Numbered from the stretch's first letter, positions 13,220-25,977 are shown. The stretch: 64,000 nt of DNA from Neodothiora populina (GCF_041146345.1 NW_027191419.1:682001-746000); one strand, 5' to 3'. The notes: generated by a model not told the origin, from the sequence alone. A program made the numbers and translations.

Positions 13220-14147
13220 CGAGGCGGCAGTTAATATTCAGGCTTCCTTAGATATGACCCTTCTGATAGGTGATATGATCCGCAAGGGCAAGAAAGAGGG
13301 TTCTGATCTATGATGAATTCACCACCTGCATATACCAACCAGAAGTGTCGCCTAGGGCCTGCCTATCCTCAACCAGAGTGCTGGAAACGATTATTGTGCA
13401 GTAAATGTACATTCTATATCATATTTTACCTTCTAATATTGATTCCCACGCTACTGCGACAGAACAAAAAAACTACAGCGGACATAGTCGGCGATAATAG
13501 ATTATCACAAGTCAAAAGATCTTTAGGGCTGCTCGGTTCTCAGCGGATGAGCGGCAGCGATCTGACAGCACAGCCACCGAAGATCAAAAGCTTGGCTCTT
13601 CTCCTTCTCCGACGCAGCGGTAAAGAATGACGTTCGGAAGGACTGTTAAGGCAGGATCCGGAATTGGGGGATATTAGAGAAAGCGCGGACTTCCGCTGTT
13701 TTGGGCTCTTTTGGCAGTGGAAAGGGAGCATTTGAAAGCATCCATTTTCGATATGTCAGACTATATATACTCTACTAGATCGGTCGTCGGCGGTTTTATA
13801 CAGTGGTAGAAACGATGGGTCCCGCCAAGTTGTCTTGCCGCTCCATCCGCTCTGGAGATTCTGAGTAATTACCTACCTAGAAACATAAGCTGTGTTGTTC
13901 TATCTTAGCTGTAGTTTGGATTCCCCTTCATTGTCATCACCTCGCAATCCTTTGTTTCATGTGATCGGGGCTTAGATGTTTCGACGGAGCATGATAGGAT
14001 TCCGTTGACCACCTTAGATCGCGGGTGAGACAGAAGGCAGATCATATAGATGAATGTCGTATGATCAATCTGCAAGAACAAGGGAAAAGATAGAAGAGTA
14101 GAGGATAGCCACGGGCGATTGTTTCGATTAGACAGAAGACAGATGCT

Positions 14148-16931
14148 ATGATGAATATGGCACAAGAAACAGAAGTAGCAGGCGGCGTGACTGCACCCCA
14201 GACAACACGACGGGCTCTGGCCGATATACGCTACAACTCCATCCTGAATGCGGATCTGGCAGGAACATCGTCTGAAGAGGATTCGTCAGACAACCGCACA
14301 CTAGCACCACGAGATGCACAAAACCTGGTTGGAGTCAGTCTCGGAAGAGCGCAGACACGCATAAAGTCGGCACACACGCCGGCAGACGAGAAGGCCGCCG
14401 TCATCGACGATGCCGGTGGCTTCTTCGAGGGACCCCCGATCCCAGTCAACGCAGAGCTAGACGAAGACGAGAGCGACAAGGACGACCTCGGAAAGAGCAG
14501 AGATGGCGCCAACGAGACAAAGGAAGAGCAGAGACACGGGAGGCCCTTTACCCGATCCCAGACCGACGACACTAACACCACCACCCACCGTCTGCCTTCG
14601 CCCTGGAGAGCCAGCAGCTCGAGGCCACTCAAGACCGACGACGACCGCGTGGGATCGAGAGAAGGAGTGCGTCGTAGAGCCACGCTGGTTCCGACAAACA
14701 ACAAGACGGAGGGATGGAGAGAATCAATCATGGCCAGTCTTCCAAGTCTGCCCAAGCACTTCACCTTCAACTCGCCCTTCTCCTTCAGCCACGACGACCA
14801 GAAACGCAACCACCGCCAGCTCAGACGCTCTGGCTCGCTCTTCGCTTCTTTCACTTCCTCGAGCGACTCTCCCACACCGTCTTCACCACGCACCGACAGC
14901 CCTTCGAGGTGGGCAAAGCCGCCAATCACTCCGGAGCCTCGAGCAACTACCAGCTATGCCGCAGTATCACGCCCACCGGCACCAGAAAGGCCACCTGCTG
15001 TTCAGTTGACCAGGTCACACAGCGCCCATGGACTCCTGCGTCGGTCCACGTCCGATACCTCGTTGCAAACCTTCCGCAGCGGAGCAACTGCGCTTTCTCG
15101 TGCGCCCTCCTTTGGCGACGATTCTCGCTTCGAGCACGTTCAAGAGCAGGTCAACAGCCGCATGAAGGCCATCAGAGACAGCTTCCAGGACACCAACATC
15201 AAACTGCTACCCTCTTTACCGAGTCTGCCCAACCTGTCGTCTCTGTCTCACCTGAGTCTCAACACGTCGCACGACAGACGCCCCGGCACCGGCGACAGCA
15301 GAGCCCCGGGCACCGTCCCTCCTCGTTCTAGCACATCGGGCGACATTCCGAACAGATTACCCAGGAAATCCACGGGCGACACGTCCCAACATTTCCAGTA
15401 TGGCAGAGCCTCTACCAACGGCAGTTCTACCGGAAAAGCCACTCCTTCACATCCTCACTTCGCCAAAGCTCTGGCAAACCTGACTGGCGATGTTGTCATC
15501 ATGGGTGGATACAGAGGTTCCATCTTGCGGTCTGCCGAACCGCCACATCGCCAGCTTTGGGTGCCCATCAAGGTCGGTCTCAACATACGCAAAGTCGACT
15601 TGGAAGTCGGCTTGAATCCAGAAGACGACGAACGAGCCGAAGAGAAGATTTTTCCCAGCGGTATGCTCTCACATGTGGGGCCGGTAGACATTTCACGGCG
15701 CCTGTTCAAGAGACTGCGCGCTTGTGACAATGCAAAAGCGGGAGAGCTGCGCGTTCACGACTATGGTTATGATTGGCGTCTGGAGCCTGCATATCTCAGC
15801 AAGAGGCTGATCGCCTTCCTCGAGAGTTTGCCATGCAACCAGACCGACGTTCCCAAGGAGAAGCGCGGCGCTATCGTGATAGCGCATTCTCTGGGCGGCT
15901 TGATCACCCGCCATGCTGTCAATCAGCGACCTGAACTCTTCGCAGGCGTCATCTACGCTGGCACACCCACGACCTGTGTCAACATCCTTGGGCCTTTCCG
16001 CAATGGAGATGATGTGCTGCTGAGCAGTAGGGTACTGACTGCTCAGGTCAATTTCACCATCAGAACAAGTTTCGCGTTGCTACCACTAAACGGACGATGC
16101 TTCTTCAACAAAGACACAAAAGAAGAATTTCCGGTCGACTTCTTCAATCCTGACGATTGGATCGAGTACCGTTGGTCGCCATGCATCGCTCGTCCGCTCC
16201 CTGCTCTTGGCCACTCTAACTCCTCCACCGGTCTCGCAGGCTTGATGAACTCGGTGGCAAACGTATTACCAACCAGGAAGGGCAGTCTGTCGATGCGCAA
16301 TAAGAACGGAGGACCACACCCCAATGAACAAATGGCCAGCGGGATGATCAAGCCCGGCGGCATGGGCATGGACATGTCCGAGGGGGATTCGAGTTCGGCT
16401 GCTGCACGCAACAACGTCGACAGACACGGAACCGACAACTTGCCATCGTCCAGGAGAATCAGTGCCCCACCATCCAACCCGGACGCTGCCGCACAGGAGC
16501 AATCGACATCGATAGCCACGGCAGTCACTATACCTCGAGACGCAGCCTTGAAGTATCTCGTTCGCATGCTTGCTTCCGTCAAGAAATTCAAGCAAGAGCT
16601 TGCTTTCAGACCAGAACACGAGGACGCCAACGTATACCCGCCTGCTGCTGTCATCTACGGCAAGTCCACGCCGACGGTGTATGGCGCACATGTACTAGAC
16701 CGCGAGGGCATCAAGCGTGCTTCTGCATACGACAACCTGGCCTTTGCTAGTGGTGATGGCGTCGTGCTCGCACGAGCAGCCATGTTGCCCGAAGGTTACA
16801 CACCGGCTAAAGGCGGCATAGTCTGCTCTGACCGCGGACACGTTACCTTGCTGGGTGATCTAGAAGCTGTGGGCCGATGTCTGAGGGCTATACAGATAGC
16901 AAGAAAGAAGGGCGTCGGAGAAGGTGTGTGA
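14148..16931 (+). CDS. LCAT/phospholipase-like alpha/beta hydrolase with long disordered N-terminus (resembles yeast YJR098C family)
   Basis: Intronless 927-aa ORF with VIMGGYRGSIL, YDWRL, the nucleophile elbow AHSLGG, GDGVV and a C-terminal H (RGHVTLL). Confidence 0.8.
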   Translation: MMNMAQETEVAGGVTAPQTTRRALADIRYNSILNADLAGTSSEEDSSDNRTLAPRDAQNLVGVSLGRAQTRIKSAHTPADEKAAVIDDAGGFFEGPPIPVNAELDEDESDKDDLGKSRDGANETKEEQRHGRPFTRSQTDDTNTTTHRLPSPWRASSSRPLKTDDDRVGSREGVRRRATLVPTNNKTEGWRESIMASLPSLPKHFTFNSPFSFSHDDQKRNHRQLRRSGSLFASFTSSSDSPTPSSPRTDSPSRWAKPPITPEPRATTSYAAVSRPPAPERPPAVQLTRSHSAHGLLRRSTSDTSLQTFRSGATALSRAPSFGDDSRFEHVQEQVNSRMKAIRDSFQDTNIKLLPSLPSLPNLSSLSHLSLNTSHDRRPGTGDSRAPGTVPPRSSTSGDIPNRLPRKSTGDTSQHFQYGRASTNGSSTGKATPSHPHFAKALANLTGDVVIMGGYRGSILRSAEPPHRQLWVPIKVGLNIRKVDLEVGLNPEDDERAEEKIFPSGMLSHVGPVDISRRLFKRLRACDNAKAGELRVHDYGYDWRLEPAYLSKRLIAFLESLPCNQTDVPKEKRGAIVIAHSLGGLITRHAVNQRPELFAGVIYAGTPTTCVNILGPFRNGDDVLLSSRVLTAQVNFTIRTSFALLPLNGRCFFNKDTKEEFPVDFFNPDDWIEYRWSPCIARPLPALGHSNSSTGLAGLMNSVANVLPTRKGSLSMRNKNGGPHPNEQMASGMIKPGGMGMDMSEGDSSSAAARNNVDRHGTDNLPSSRRISAPPSNPDAAAQEQSTSIATAVTIPRDAALKYLVRMLASVKKFKQELAFRPEHEDANVYPPAAVIYGKSTPTVYGAHVLDREGIKRASAYDNLAFASGDGVVLARAAMLPEGYTPAKGGIVCSDRGHVTLLGDLEAVGRCLRAIQIARKKGVGEGV

Positions 16932-17311
16932 GCGTCTTGTGAAGCTGCGTAGTTTGGAGTTGAGGTGGTGGAAGTCGACGGACAACGCATAAGGTAGTCA
17001 TGAGTAGAACTTCAATCACGATACATTCACGAAACCACTTGCTAAAGTCGTCATTGACTCTCCTGGCGTTACTTGACAACAGTCCCTACAGGCTACTGCT
17101 CCTACGTACATTATGGGATACCTAACCAAGTGCTGTCCAAGGCTTATGTGAGCCACCACCCTGATGTTCAGATGTCCTCCGCCAAGACTTGTGCATGCAT
17201 GACGTACGGGCCTTCCCCAAACTTCACCTTCCCGATTCATGCTCAAGAAAGATATATATATTATGTCCACTTTCCAAAATGAAAGACCGTCAATGTACAA
17301 ACCAAGCTACA

Positions 17312-18433
17312 ATGACCCGAAAGGGAGACTCAAAAAATGGATCGCTGGTCCTAAAGCAAAATGAGGACGAAACAGAGGATCTCAAATCTCATCGTGATGA
17401 TGATTCCGTGATAGCGCCACCAGACTCCAGCGTCTTCAAGGCAGCACTGCAAAAGTTCCAGTATGCAGATAAACGCGGTTCTTCTACCAGCCGGGTCCTG
17501 CGTTCGTCTAGTCGGGTGCCTCTGAAGGGGGATGATGATGCCGTTCCTGCTTCCGAGCCGGTATTGAATGGGAAAACTCTACGAAATAATAGAAGCAGTG
17601 GCAATAAGACAAGATCCCCACACGAGACCACTTCTTCTGAGAACAAACCCATCGAATCCCCCACGACGACGACAACGAGCACGAAGAAGCGCAAACGCCA
17701 ACCGAGCAAATACGCGCCGCCCTCCAAATACGCCCACCTGGCCCCTCTAACCGACATCCTGGCTCCAAACCTGATCTGCGTCTTCGTAGGCACAAACCCG
17801 GGAATCCGCACGTCGACGTCCGGACACGCCTACGCGCACCCCTCCAACCTCTTCTGGAAACTGTTGCATTCGTCAGGCTGCACGGACCGGCGATGCGCGC
17901 CTGAAGAAGACGTCGATTTGCCGCGGCTGTATGCTATGGGCAACACGAATATCGTGGAACGACCGACGAGGGATGCCGGCGAGCTTAGTAAGGCGGAGAT
18001 GAGCGCTGGTGGGCCGGTGCTGGAGAGGAAGATTGCAGAGTGTAGGCCTGAGGCCGTGTGTATTGTTGGCAAGGGCATTTGGGAGGCGGTTTGGAGAGCG
18101 AGGTATGGGAGGGGGCTGAGGAAGGAGGAGTTCAAGTGGGGGTGGCAGGACGAGGGGGAGAACATGGGGGTTGTTGCGCTTGGTCATGGTGGTGAAGGTG
18201 TAGTAGAAAACGCATGGCCTGGTGCAATGGTCTATGTGACTAGTTCCACGAGTGGATTGAGCGCTAGTCTGAAACCTGCCGAAAAGGAAGCCATCTGGAG
18301 ACCATTTGGTGAGTGGGTGAAGCAGAGGCGAGCGGAAAGAGCTGCTGCTGCTGACTCTGCGTCTGTTGCCGCTGACACTAAAGATAATGTCAATGGTGAC
18401 ATTGTTGCCCCAAAGAACAGGAAAAAGTGGTAA
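17312..18433 (+). CDS. G/T-G/U mismatch-specific DNA glycosylase (TDG/MUG family, thp1-like)
   Basis: VFVGTNPG, GHAYAHPSNLFWKLL, GNTNIVERPT and SSTSG motifs. The start codon is uncertain; ATG 17312 was chosen. Confidence 0.88.
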   Translation: MTRKGDSKNGSLVLKQNEDETEDLKSHRDDDSVIAPPDSSVFKAALQKFQYADKRGSSTSRVLRSSSRVPLKGDDDAVPASEPVLNGKTLRNNRSSGNKTRSPHETTSSENKPIESPTTTTTSTKKRKRQPSKYAPPSKYAHLAPLTDILAPNLICVFVGTNPGIRTSTSGHAYAHPSNLFWKLLHSSGCTDRRCAPEEDVDLPRLYAMGNTNIVERPTRDAGELSKAEMSAGGPVLERKIAECRPEAVCIVGKGIWEAVWRARYGRGLRKEEFKWGWQDEGENMGVVALGHGGEGVVENAWPGAMVYVTSSTSGLSASLKPAEKEAIWRPFGEWVKQRRAERAAAADSASVAADTKDNVNGDIVAPKNRKKW

Positions 18434-18765
18434 ATCATGATTCTGAGCACAATCGGGCTAAGATTGAGGAGGAGCCATGGGACGAGATGGTGAATAACTC
18501 ATGCATGATCCGAAGAAACAAATCTCATCCACAAGACGAGAAACAGTCCAGAAAAATCTAGGATACGGTGTCAATCCCTTCTAGGCACTTGCTGAAAAGC
18601 TCAACACTTTCATATCAGTTTAACATGATGTGCAATAATACGATAAGTAGTGTTTACTGTATAACCTCTGTACAAAACCATCTCGGTATAAACTGTCCCT
18701 GTAGAGATTATCCCGATATGGTTTTTCTCTGCAAACAGGAAAGAAAGAAAGAAGGGGGAAAGGAA

Positions 18766-20706
18766 TCATAGACCATCTGACTCCGGAGGACCGACGTATA
18801 CTGCAATGATCAATTAGCCATTTCGTCCCGTCAAAGGGAACGGGGGGAAGGAGGGAAAGAGAAGAACTTACTTTTCCTCGCATAGAGAATATAAAAACAA
18901 GCCGAGAGGAACATGAAGCCCACGAACACGACAGACCTGTTTGCGTTCACAAATCAGCAAATCATCCCTCTCCACATCCTCATCTTACGTCTCCTTTCGC
19001 CGAGTGGCAAAAGTAGCAAGATCAAAAAAAAAGAACTTACGCATAATTCATACTGATGCTCGTAACGGGCAACGCGGTAGGCATACTGAACAGCACCAAC
19101 TCGAACGCGATCCACGCGACCGCAATCACATTAACCGTATACCCTACCGCGTTCGGCAACTTCCACCGCGCAGTCTTGACTTCCCTGCGCCCGTGCATCA
19201 AGCTCAGCGTGATAGGCATCGCATAGCTCGTGGCGAGGGCGATGACGCCTACGCTGACGAACGCCGTGAAGGCGCTCGACGACCCGAGGTTGATGAGCCC
19301 CAGCAGCATCTGGATGATGGTGATTGCGACCAGAGACCACAGCGGCACGCCGAGGGATTGGTTGACTTTGGACAGCGTGGACGAGAAGGGCACGGCGTGG
19401 TCTCGCGCGAACGCCCATGTGCAGCGCGACGCGGCGACGGTGATGCTGATGCTGCAGAAGAGGGTGATGACTAGGACGAGCGCCATGAGGCCGAGCCCGC
19501 CGCCGGGGGATCCCATGACGGTGTTGAAGATGAAGGGCAGGGCTTGCGCTGCGGGCGCGGCGAGGATGTCTTCCAGAGGAGGCAGGGTCACGCAGATCGG
19601 GATGATGAAGAATAGGCCTGCGATGCCGCCGACGGGGACGCAGAGGGATAGAGCCCAGGGGACGCGGACCGCGGGCTCGGCGCATTCTTCGGACATGGAG
19701 GTTATCATGCCTAGTGCGGAGAAGGTGTATGCGGCTGGTAGGAGGCCGATGAAGAAGGTGAAGCCGCCCCAGCCTGCGAAAGCGGTGTTGTATGCGCCTA
19801 GTGCGTCGGCTGCGCTGTGTCGCCCGACGTCGGCGGAGACGGATAATGTGATCATGACGATGATGATGGTCAGCAGAGTCCAACCGGCGCAGAACGTGTC
19901 GACCATGGGCAGGAAGCGGTTCCCGAAGGCGCAGATGAAGAACGTGCCGATGCAGATTGCGTAGAAGATCAGGAGCAGAGTCCAGGCGTCCATTACGTAG
20001 TCCGGGTGGTACATTCCTACCGAGCCGGCGATGAGGGATGCGAATCCGAAGTTGACGGAGAGAGTGATGGTCCAGTTGCCGACTAGCCATGTCCAGCCGT
20101 TGATGAAAGACAGAATCGTCCGGCCTCGTTTCGCGATCTGGAAAGTCCAGTAGTATGGGCCAGCTTTGTATCACGTCAGCTTCATCTCCCCCCAATTGAT
20201 GTTCTGAAAGGAAAAACAAACCAGAAGTAGGGAACTTGGATGCAAGCTCAGCCAGCGAGAGCGCGATGCACCTAGGTGATCCATGTCAACACCGCCATCA
20301 TATCACCGTTCGAATCATCTGTGAAGCCATACTCATCCAGGATCAGCACAATCACCCAACCCAGAAAGATAGACAGCTGTCCACCACCATAAATGGCACT
20401 AATCAACGGACCGCCCTCGCCATACGCTGTTTCATTCCAACTAAGTCAGCCACGGACACTTTGCTTGCAGATACTAGATTAAAGAAAAAAAGACATACGG
20501 ATCGCAGCAATCGCCAACGACTGAAACAACAACGTCAACATGGATCTATTCCGCGCCATCTCGGGTTGATATCCCAATTGAGTCAGGTCGTTCATCTCTG
20601 CCACCGAGCCCACGCGCTCCGACTTCGTCGAGCCCGACCGCAGCCGGCCCGCGAGGCCTGCATCGGGTGCTTTTTCATTAACTTCTGCTGCTTTGGTGGT
20701 CGACAT
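18766..20706 (-). CDS. APC-superfamily amino acid/GABA/choline permease, 6 exons
   Basis: LGYQPEMARN, SLAELASKFPTSAGPYYW, SMSEEC and ASRCTWAFARD, with many hydrophobic helices. The last spliced exons end ...YARKIYVGPPESDGL*. Confidence 0.9.
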
Positions 20707-21042
20707 TGTTGCTTGTTCCTTTTCGACGTGAGGGGGGTTTCTTTTGTGATACTTTGCAGAAATGGAGGGTCTTCTAGGCCTGTCACACCCACGAAGACTG
20801 CTTCACAGGAGGAGCTCAGGCGAGCCGAGATGTGTCGGAGATGTATGAGTTACATATACATACGTCAGAGACAAGAAAGAGTAATCCACACTCCACGCGG
20901 ATTTTTACCAAGCGATCAGCGTAGTAAGAAAAAGAGAAGACCAAGTAAACCAAAAGAGCAAAAGACAGACCAAGAAGTCAAGGCAATGATGGACCTACAT
21001 ATATCCAAATGATGAACCTACAGTACCAAGCGTCACCCGAAC

Positions 21043-21044
<2 letters not shown>

Positions 21045-21073
<29 letters not shown>
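21045..21073. repeat. (CGA)n microsatellite upstream of the permease
   Basis: About 9 CGA units, read directly. Confidence 0.85.
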
Positions 21074-21080
<7 letters not shown>

Positions 21081-21933
21081 GGGCGGCGCGAGAGAGCGAT
21101 AACAAAACCACAACAAGCCCCAGTTCCTTTATCGGAGGGTAGACTAGAACCGACAGGCAAGCAAGCTCACTTCTCTCTTCGAGTAGCCCTTTCGATCTGC
21201 CAGGAACCAATACTATACATGCAAGCGCGTGAGCGCGCCCAGAGAAAAACGCCTATCTTTTGCGCCAGAAGGACCAGAAAGTCATCTTGTTTTATCCTTA
21301 TCCTAGCCAGGTACCGAGACAGCAGCAGTGAGCGGCGCGCGGCTCATTAAAAAGCATTGCTTATCGCGACACACCACTCGCCAGACACGCATTTCCACGC
21401 CCTGCCGGTTCGGTGACCTGTGGATGAGGCAAAGGAGGGGGTGGTAAGATACAGCTGTACTGTAGGTCGGTTGTACAAGGAAAGACTGTTGGATGGGGAC
21501 TATTTGACCTGATGCGGCTTAGCGCGCTGTGTCTTAGTCGGCCAGGTTGTAATCTGTAGCGGTGCCACGGGAGCTTATCAAATCATGTGTGTCAATCAAC
21601 AATCAAAGTGCTGTGCTAAACCAGGGGGATCGTCGTATAGGTTCGTCTATCAGATTATATTCCATTGAGCCTCCGTTTCGTTGCTGCTTGCACTGTTTTT
21701 GTAGACGACGGCATGTTGATAGAAGCTCAGCTGAAACTCTAAAACTTGTCACCTGAGACTTTGTGCCCCTGAGTTCCAAAACATGGATCCTCCAAAGACG
21801 AAGAAACGCCACCGCTAGACCATTGGTATATAACAAACCCCGGGAAGAAACAAAAGGCGAAGGAAGAGCAGAATTCAAAGCCGGACAGAAATTTCGAGAT
21901 GATAAGACTCGCGGTAACAAATGGTTTGCGGTC

Positions 21934-23947
21934 CTAGTCAGTAGGGGCGTAATTGCTCATCTTTCGCAGCTTAGGACCGTAGATGTAGAACAAATAAGGA
22001 ACAGGAGTGCAAGCAGCAGCTATACAGCCCAAAATCGTGCAAGTGTAATGCACGCCCAGATTTTGGTAAAAAGGAATGCCAGCAATCGTCATACCTCCAG
22101 CAGCAACGTAGCGAATGAGTGTGATGCTCGCCAATGCACTTGCCGCGAAGATCTCGTAGCTGTCGATAACGTATTGGTAGCAGGAGATGAAGACACAGAG
22201 GATGCCAAAGCCAAAGAGCACAGATGCAGCTATAGGCGACCAGATTGATATGTTGCTGTCCGAAGTCCAACCCATCCAGAACATTGAGATGGGGATCGCG
22301 GGGGCGCCTATCATGGAGAACCAAAGTCTAAACTCCGGTGGTAGTTGGTCCTTACCCTGTTCTTTGAGCTTGGCGAGTTCTTTTGTCGCCATCTTTCTGA
22401 TGACCAGGACCACTGCGGAGGCGAGGAAAAGTCCTGCTGCTATGCCCAAGAAGCAAAGTCCTTGCACACCTTGTGAGACTCCGTGGATCTCGCCGAAGAT
22501 GAAATCGTAGCCATCAAGAAAAGTAAACAGGATGATGTAGATGACAGTCATATAGACCGCGACTACCATGATGATTGGCTCAGTTGCTGTCAGCAGAAAA
22601 GGTCTGTACAGAGCACGGCCGAGCCGGGTCATGAAAGGGTCCATCCTTATCTCGACCTCAGCACGATAACGGTCGTCACCCGTGAGCTCACGAAGGTGCT
22701 GCGCCTTCCATTTCAGCAGTATTGGGGGAAAGGTTTCTGGTAGGAACAGCACCACGATACCAAACACGAGGCCGCTCATGATAAGTGTGGTCTGATTCGC
22801 ATTGTTAGATCAGCAATAAACGGAACGCTAAGGGACAAACATACCCATTCAGTCCAGCGCCAAGATACCTGGTGTGACTGAGCAATGAATCCTCCCATGA
22901 CTGGACCCAGGATAGGGCCAAGAAATGCTGCATTGGCAAATATGGGAAAAGTTGTCGTACGTTCGATAGGATTCCAGATATCAGAAAGAGAGCCACCGGC
23001 GCATGTAAGTGGTGTAGAGCCGAAGAATCCAGCGAGGAAACGGAATGCGAGCTGTGCGCCGAGGTTTGGTGCCAGTCCTGAAGCCATGATGAAGATCATG
23101 TAGATGAGCATGGTAACGATATAGACAGGATTCCTGCCCAGCGTTTCCGAAAATGGGCCAGCGAAGAGTGCACCGGCGCCGAAACCGATCAAGTATAGAC
23201 CTGTTTTCAATCAACTTGAGCACCATTTACGATCTTTCGAAATAATGACTCACCAGTGGCACAACTCTCGGCAACCTCACTGACGCCAAATTCAGCAGCA
23301 GCCTGCTTGGTGGCCGAGCTATCGATAGAACTCGCAACACCAACCACGAAGCCAATGCTGGCAACAGCAAAAGTAATAAGAATCCTAGTCCACATGGTCC
23401 AATTGTGTGGGTTCTGAGGATCGTCGTGTCCTTCGTAGCCGACAATGAAGACGTCTCCTTCTCCTCCCTCGTGAGTTTTCCGTCTGCGCACTTGCACGCC
23501 TGTCATGGCCCGACCTAGCGATGTACCCATTGAGTGAAGACTCGGACGCTCGCTCTGCTGTGTCGGCAGGCGCGACAGGTCATTGTGTCTCCTGTGTTCA
23601 AGAGACTCTGGCACACGGTAGTTGTCTTGTGATCCATCATCGTCTACTGGCTCCTCGATCGCTTCGGTAGGACGTTGCGCTGCGTCCAGGATACGCTCCC
23701 GAGCGCATTCTGGATCATGTACAGTCTGTGTGGCTTCGCGCGCCTGGATTGCTGTGGTATCTGTGTCTACGCTCGAATGCGACTCGTATCTGTCGCCTTT
23801 TTCAAGATCGCAGGATTGATCAAGATGTGTTTGGGATGACTGCGGCGGTTGGTCGCTTTTCCCTTCTGTATCTGTTTTCGTCTTGGTGCGTTCGATCTGG
23901 CCTTCCAACGCCTCACGGAACTTTTTATACTGGCGAAGTGACTGCAT
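21934..23947 (-). CDS. MFS drug:H+ antiporter (DHA1 family), 3 coding exons
   Basis: DPQNPHNW, GPFSETLGRNP, FRFLAGFFGS, WRWTEW, LPETFPP and PEFRLW. ATG at 23947. Introns at about 22792-22843 and 23200-23252. Confidence 0.9.
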
Positions 23948-25042
23948 GACTGATGGCAAAAATGGCGCTGTGAGGATCGAGGTGTGCCAGATTTCCGACG
24001 CTGGTCACAGCACTTTTGGTAAGAAGAAAAGAGGTGAAAGAATATGCAAACGTAGGAAATGGCAGTATGGATTGTCTGGGGCAAGGGGAGATTCACCAAA
24101 AGGTCTGACTTACCTTACTATAGAAAACACAGATGACAATATCGTCATGATTGTCTTGTCTAACTTCACACTTACTAATGTAAGGAACGCGCCTGGTGTG
24201 GGATCATATCGACTAGCAGCTATACAAAGCTACCGTACTTACTCAACAAATGCCGCTTGCTCCTGATCTTGTCCCGCGGAAAATTGAGTTCCTGGACTGG
24301 ACAAGGTGAGGTGTGTAAAACAAAAACCATGTGCGTGTTGTCGAGATGACGTAGTGACGTATCTTTTCAGAGGGAGCGCATCACTGCTTTGGCGCTCTGA
24401 AGGTAGATAATCGGGTAAGGCGGCCGGGCATAATGTGGGGATTGGCAAAGCTTGTCTCAACGCATGGGTGTCGCATCTGCCGGGCGGCCGGGTTTAAGAA
24501 TATGAAGTAGATCTCGCTAGTCACAGTACATTGTGAGATGTAGGCCGAGATGATGTTGAGGAGGGTAGAATGAATGGCTTAATGATACCAATACTGCTGA
24601 CATTCGGCCATGAGCTTAGCATATTGAAGGACGAAGATCCAAGACTTTAGGTTCTCGATTCCTTGTCGGCTACTGGGTATTTGGTTCGACGTGAGTTGGC
24701 TTGGATGTCCAGGGTAAAGACAAACGATGTGATTCATACAAGATACAGTAGTCCGTGAGGATTATCCGCCAGGAGGATCATAGTCAGATGATGGAGGGAA
24801 GCATATGAAGGGAAAAGCATGTTCGCTCGGAGAATTAGACGATCTGACGCTCTGCTTGCACCGGGACAATGAAGAATTACGGTCTGGTTCTGTCAAAACT
24901 GAATGAGGCTTGCTTTCTTGTACCGAGCATTTTGATAGAGGTAGGCGAACAGGGAGTATAGACAGCAAGAATGAAATCTCCTCGGTTCCCTGAGATAGAA
25001 AAGGTAGGATGGAAACAAGAAGAAATGGAAAAAATGTTACAT

Positions 25043-25935
25043 CTATGCTTGCCAGACTCTCTTGATGGCCTCGGTGAGACCGACGTCGTTGGTCTCAAAC
25101 TCGTAGAGACCCACGAGGACAAGGACGGTGGCAGCCTTGAGGAGGTAGTCGAAGAACTTCCTGACCATGGGCACACGCCATTTGGGGAAGTAATCGGTTA
25201 TGCAAGCCCTGTAGGAGGGATCATGTCAGCCAAGTGGAAAGAGATGTGACAGTGAGAGGTGTGGTATCCTTACTCGAAGCCGATGTGTGAGTGGATGACC
25301 AAGGTGGCGCAGAGGATGGCGTCCAAGGTAGGGTTCAGAGATCCGGAGGCGAAGGGAGCGACGGTCAGAGGGATGAGGGCGACAGAGATGGCTCTGGTGA
25401 GGGGGCTTGTGTTAGTGTTTGGTGTCCTATGACTTTGTTCTTTGTGCTCGTATATGTACCTCTCGAAAGACCAGTGGTAGCTGCCATGGGTGGGCGAAGG
25501 GGTCTTGACGGGGACAGGGTCGTTGACTGGATCATGTTGTTAGTCGGATGCAAAGGCGAGCGTCGGCATAGGATGTTGTCGTACCGGATCCGTGAACCTC
25601 CTCTGTAGAACAGCAGTTAGCAATGAAAGCAAAAGCAGCAGCAGCGGGCGACGTCGGATGCTGCAGGGTGGAGGCCGCAGCAGCAGGAAGCACAAGGATT
25701 GCGACGTACGAGGAAGAGGAGGAAGAATGGCGCGAGCGGGAGAAGCGTGGAAGGCAGCGACTCTGGTGACCTTGGGGAGAGCGCTTCGCACAAGAGGTCG
25801 TTGTCTGCTTGCCAACTGGGCGCTTCTGAAGGTGAAGGCGGGGACGGACGAGGAGATGGTCGAGGAGAAGGCGCGCTTTGCCGGGGCGGCGGCGAAGGCC
25901 TGACGGAGGATCTGAGGACGGATGACGGAGGCCAT
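25043..25935 (-). CDS. SDH4: Succinate dehydrogenase cytochrome b small subunit (CybS), 5 exons including an 18-nt micro-exon
   Basis: Mitochondrial presequence followed by spliced PLPQ-EVHGS-VNDP...HGSYHWSFER...HSHIGF...ITDYFP...GLYEFETNDVGLTEAIKRVWQA*. Confidence 0.92.
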
Positions 25936-25944
25936 TGTGGTTGC

Positions 25945-25977
<33 letters not shown>
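25945..25977. repeat. (TGT/ACA)n microsatellite in the SDH4 5' UTR
   Basis: About 11 units ending roughly 10 nt before the SDH4 ATG. Confidence 0.9.

Noticed and set aside
19131..20219. Long alternative-frame and antisense ORFs over the permease (and similar ones over MPP-beta, NOP1, GH12 and the orphan gene)
   Set aside because: These are shadows of high-GC3 codon bias in the real genes; the translations are Arg/His-rich or otherwise non-protein-like.
2422..23947. Secondary-metabolite cluster (acyl-CoA ligase, hydrolase, MFS, permease)
   Set aside because: No PKS, NRPS, terpene synthase or cluster regulator, and the genes are interleaved with housekeeping genes.
24114..24175. Possible [D1,2] stwintron in the MFS 5' UTR
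   Set aside because: The base before the internal GT is A, not G, so excision does not rebuild a donor; a micro-exon fits better.
24000..24500. TPP riboswitch controlling the MFS 5'-UTR splicing
   Set aside because: No CUGAGA or other aptamer core on the transcribed strand.
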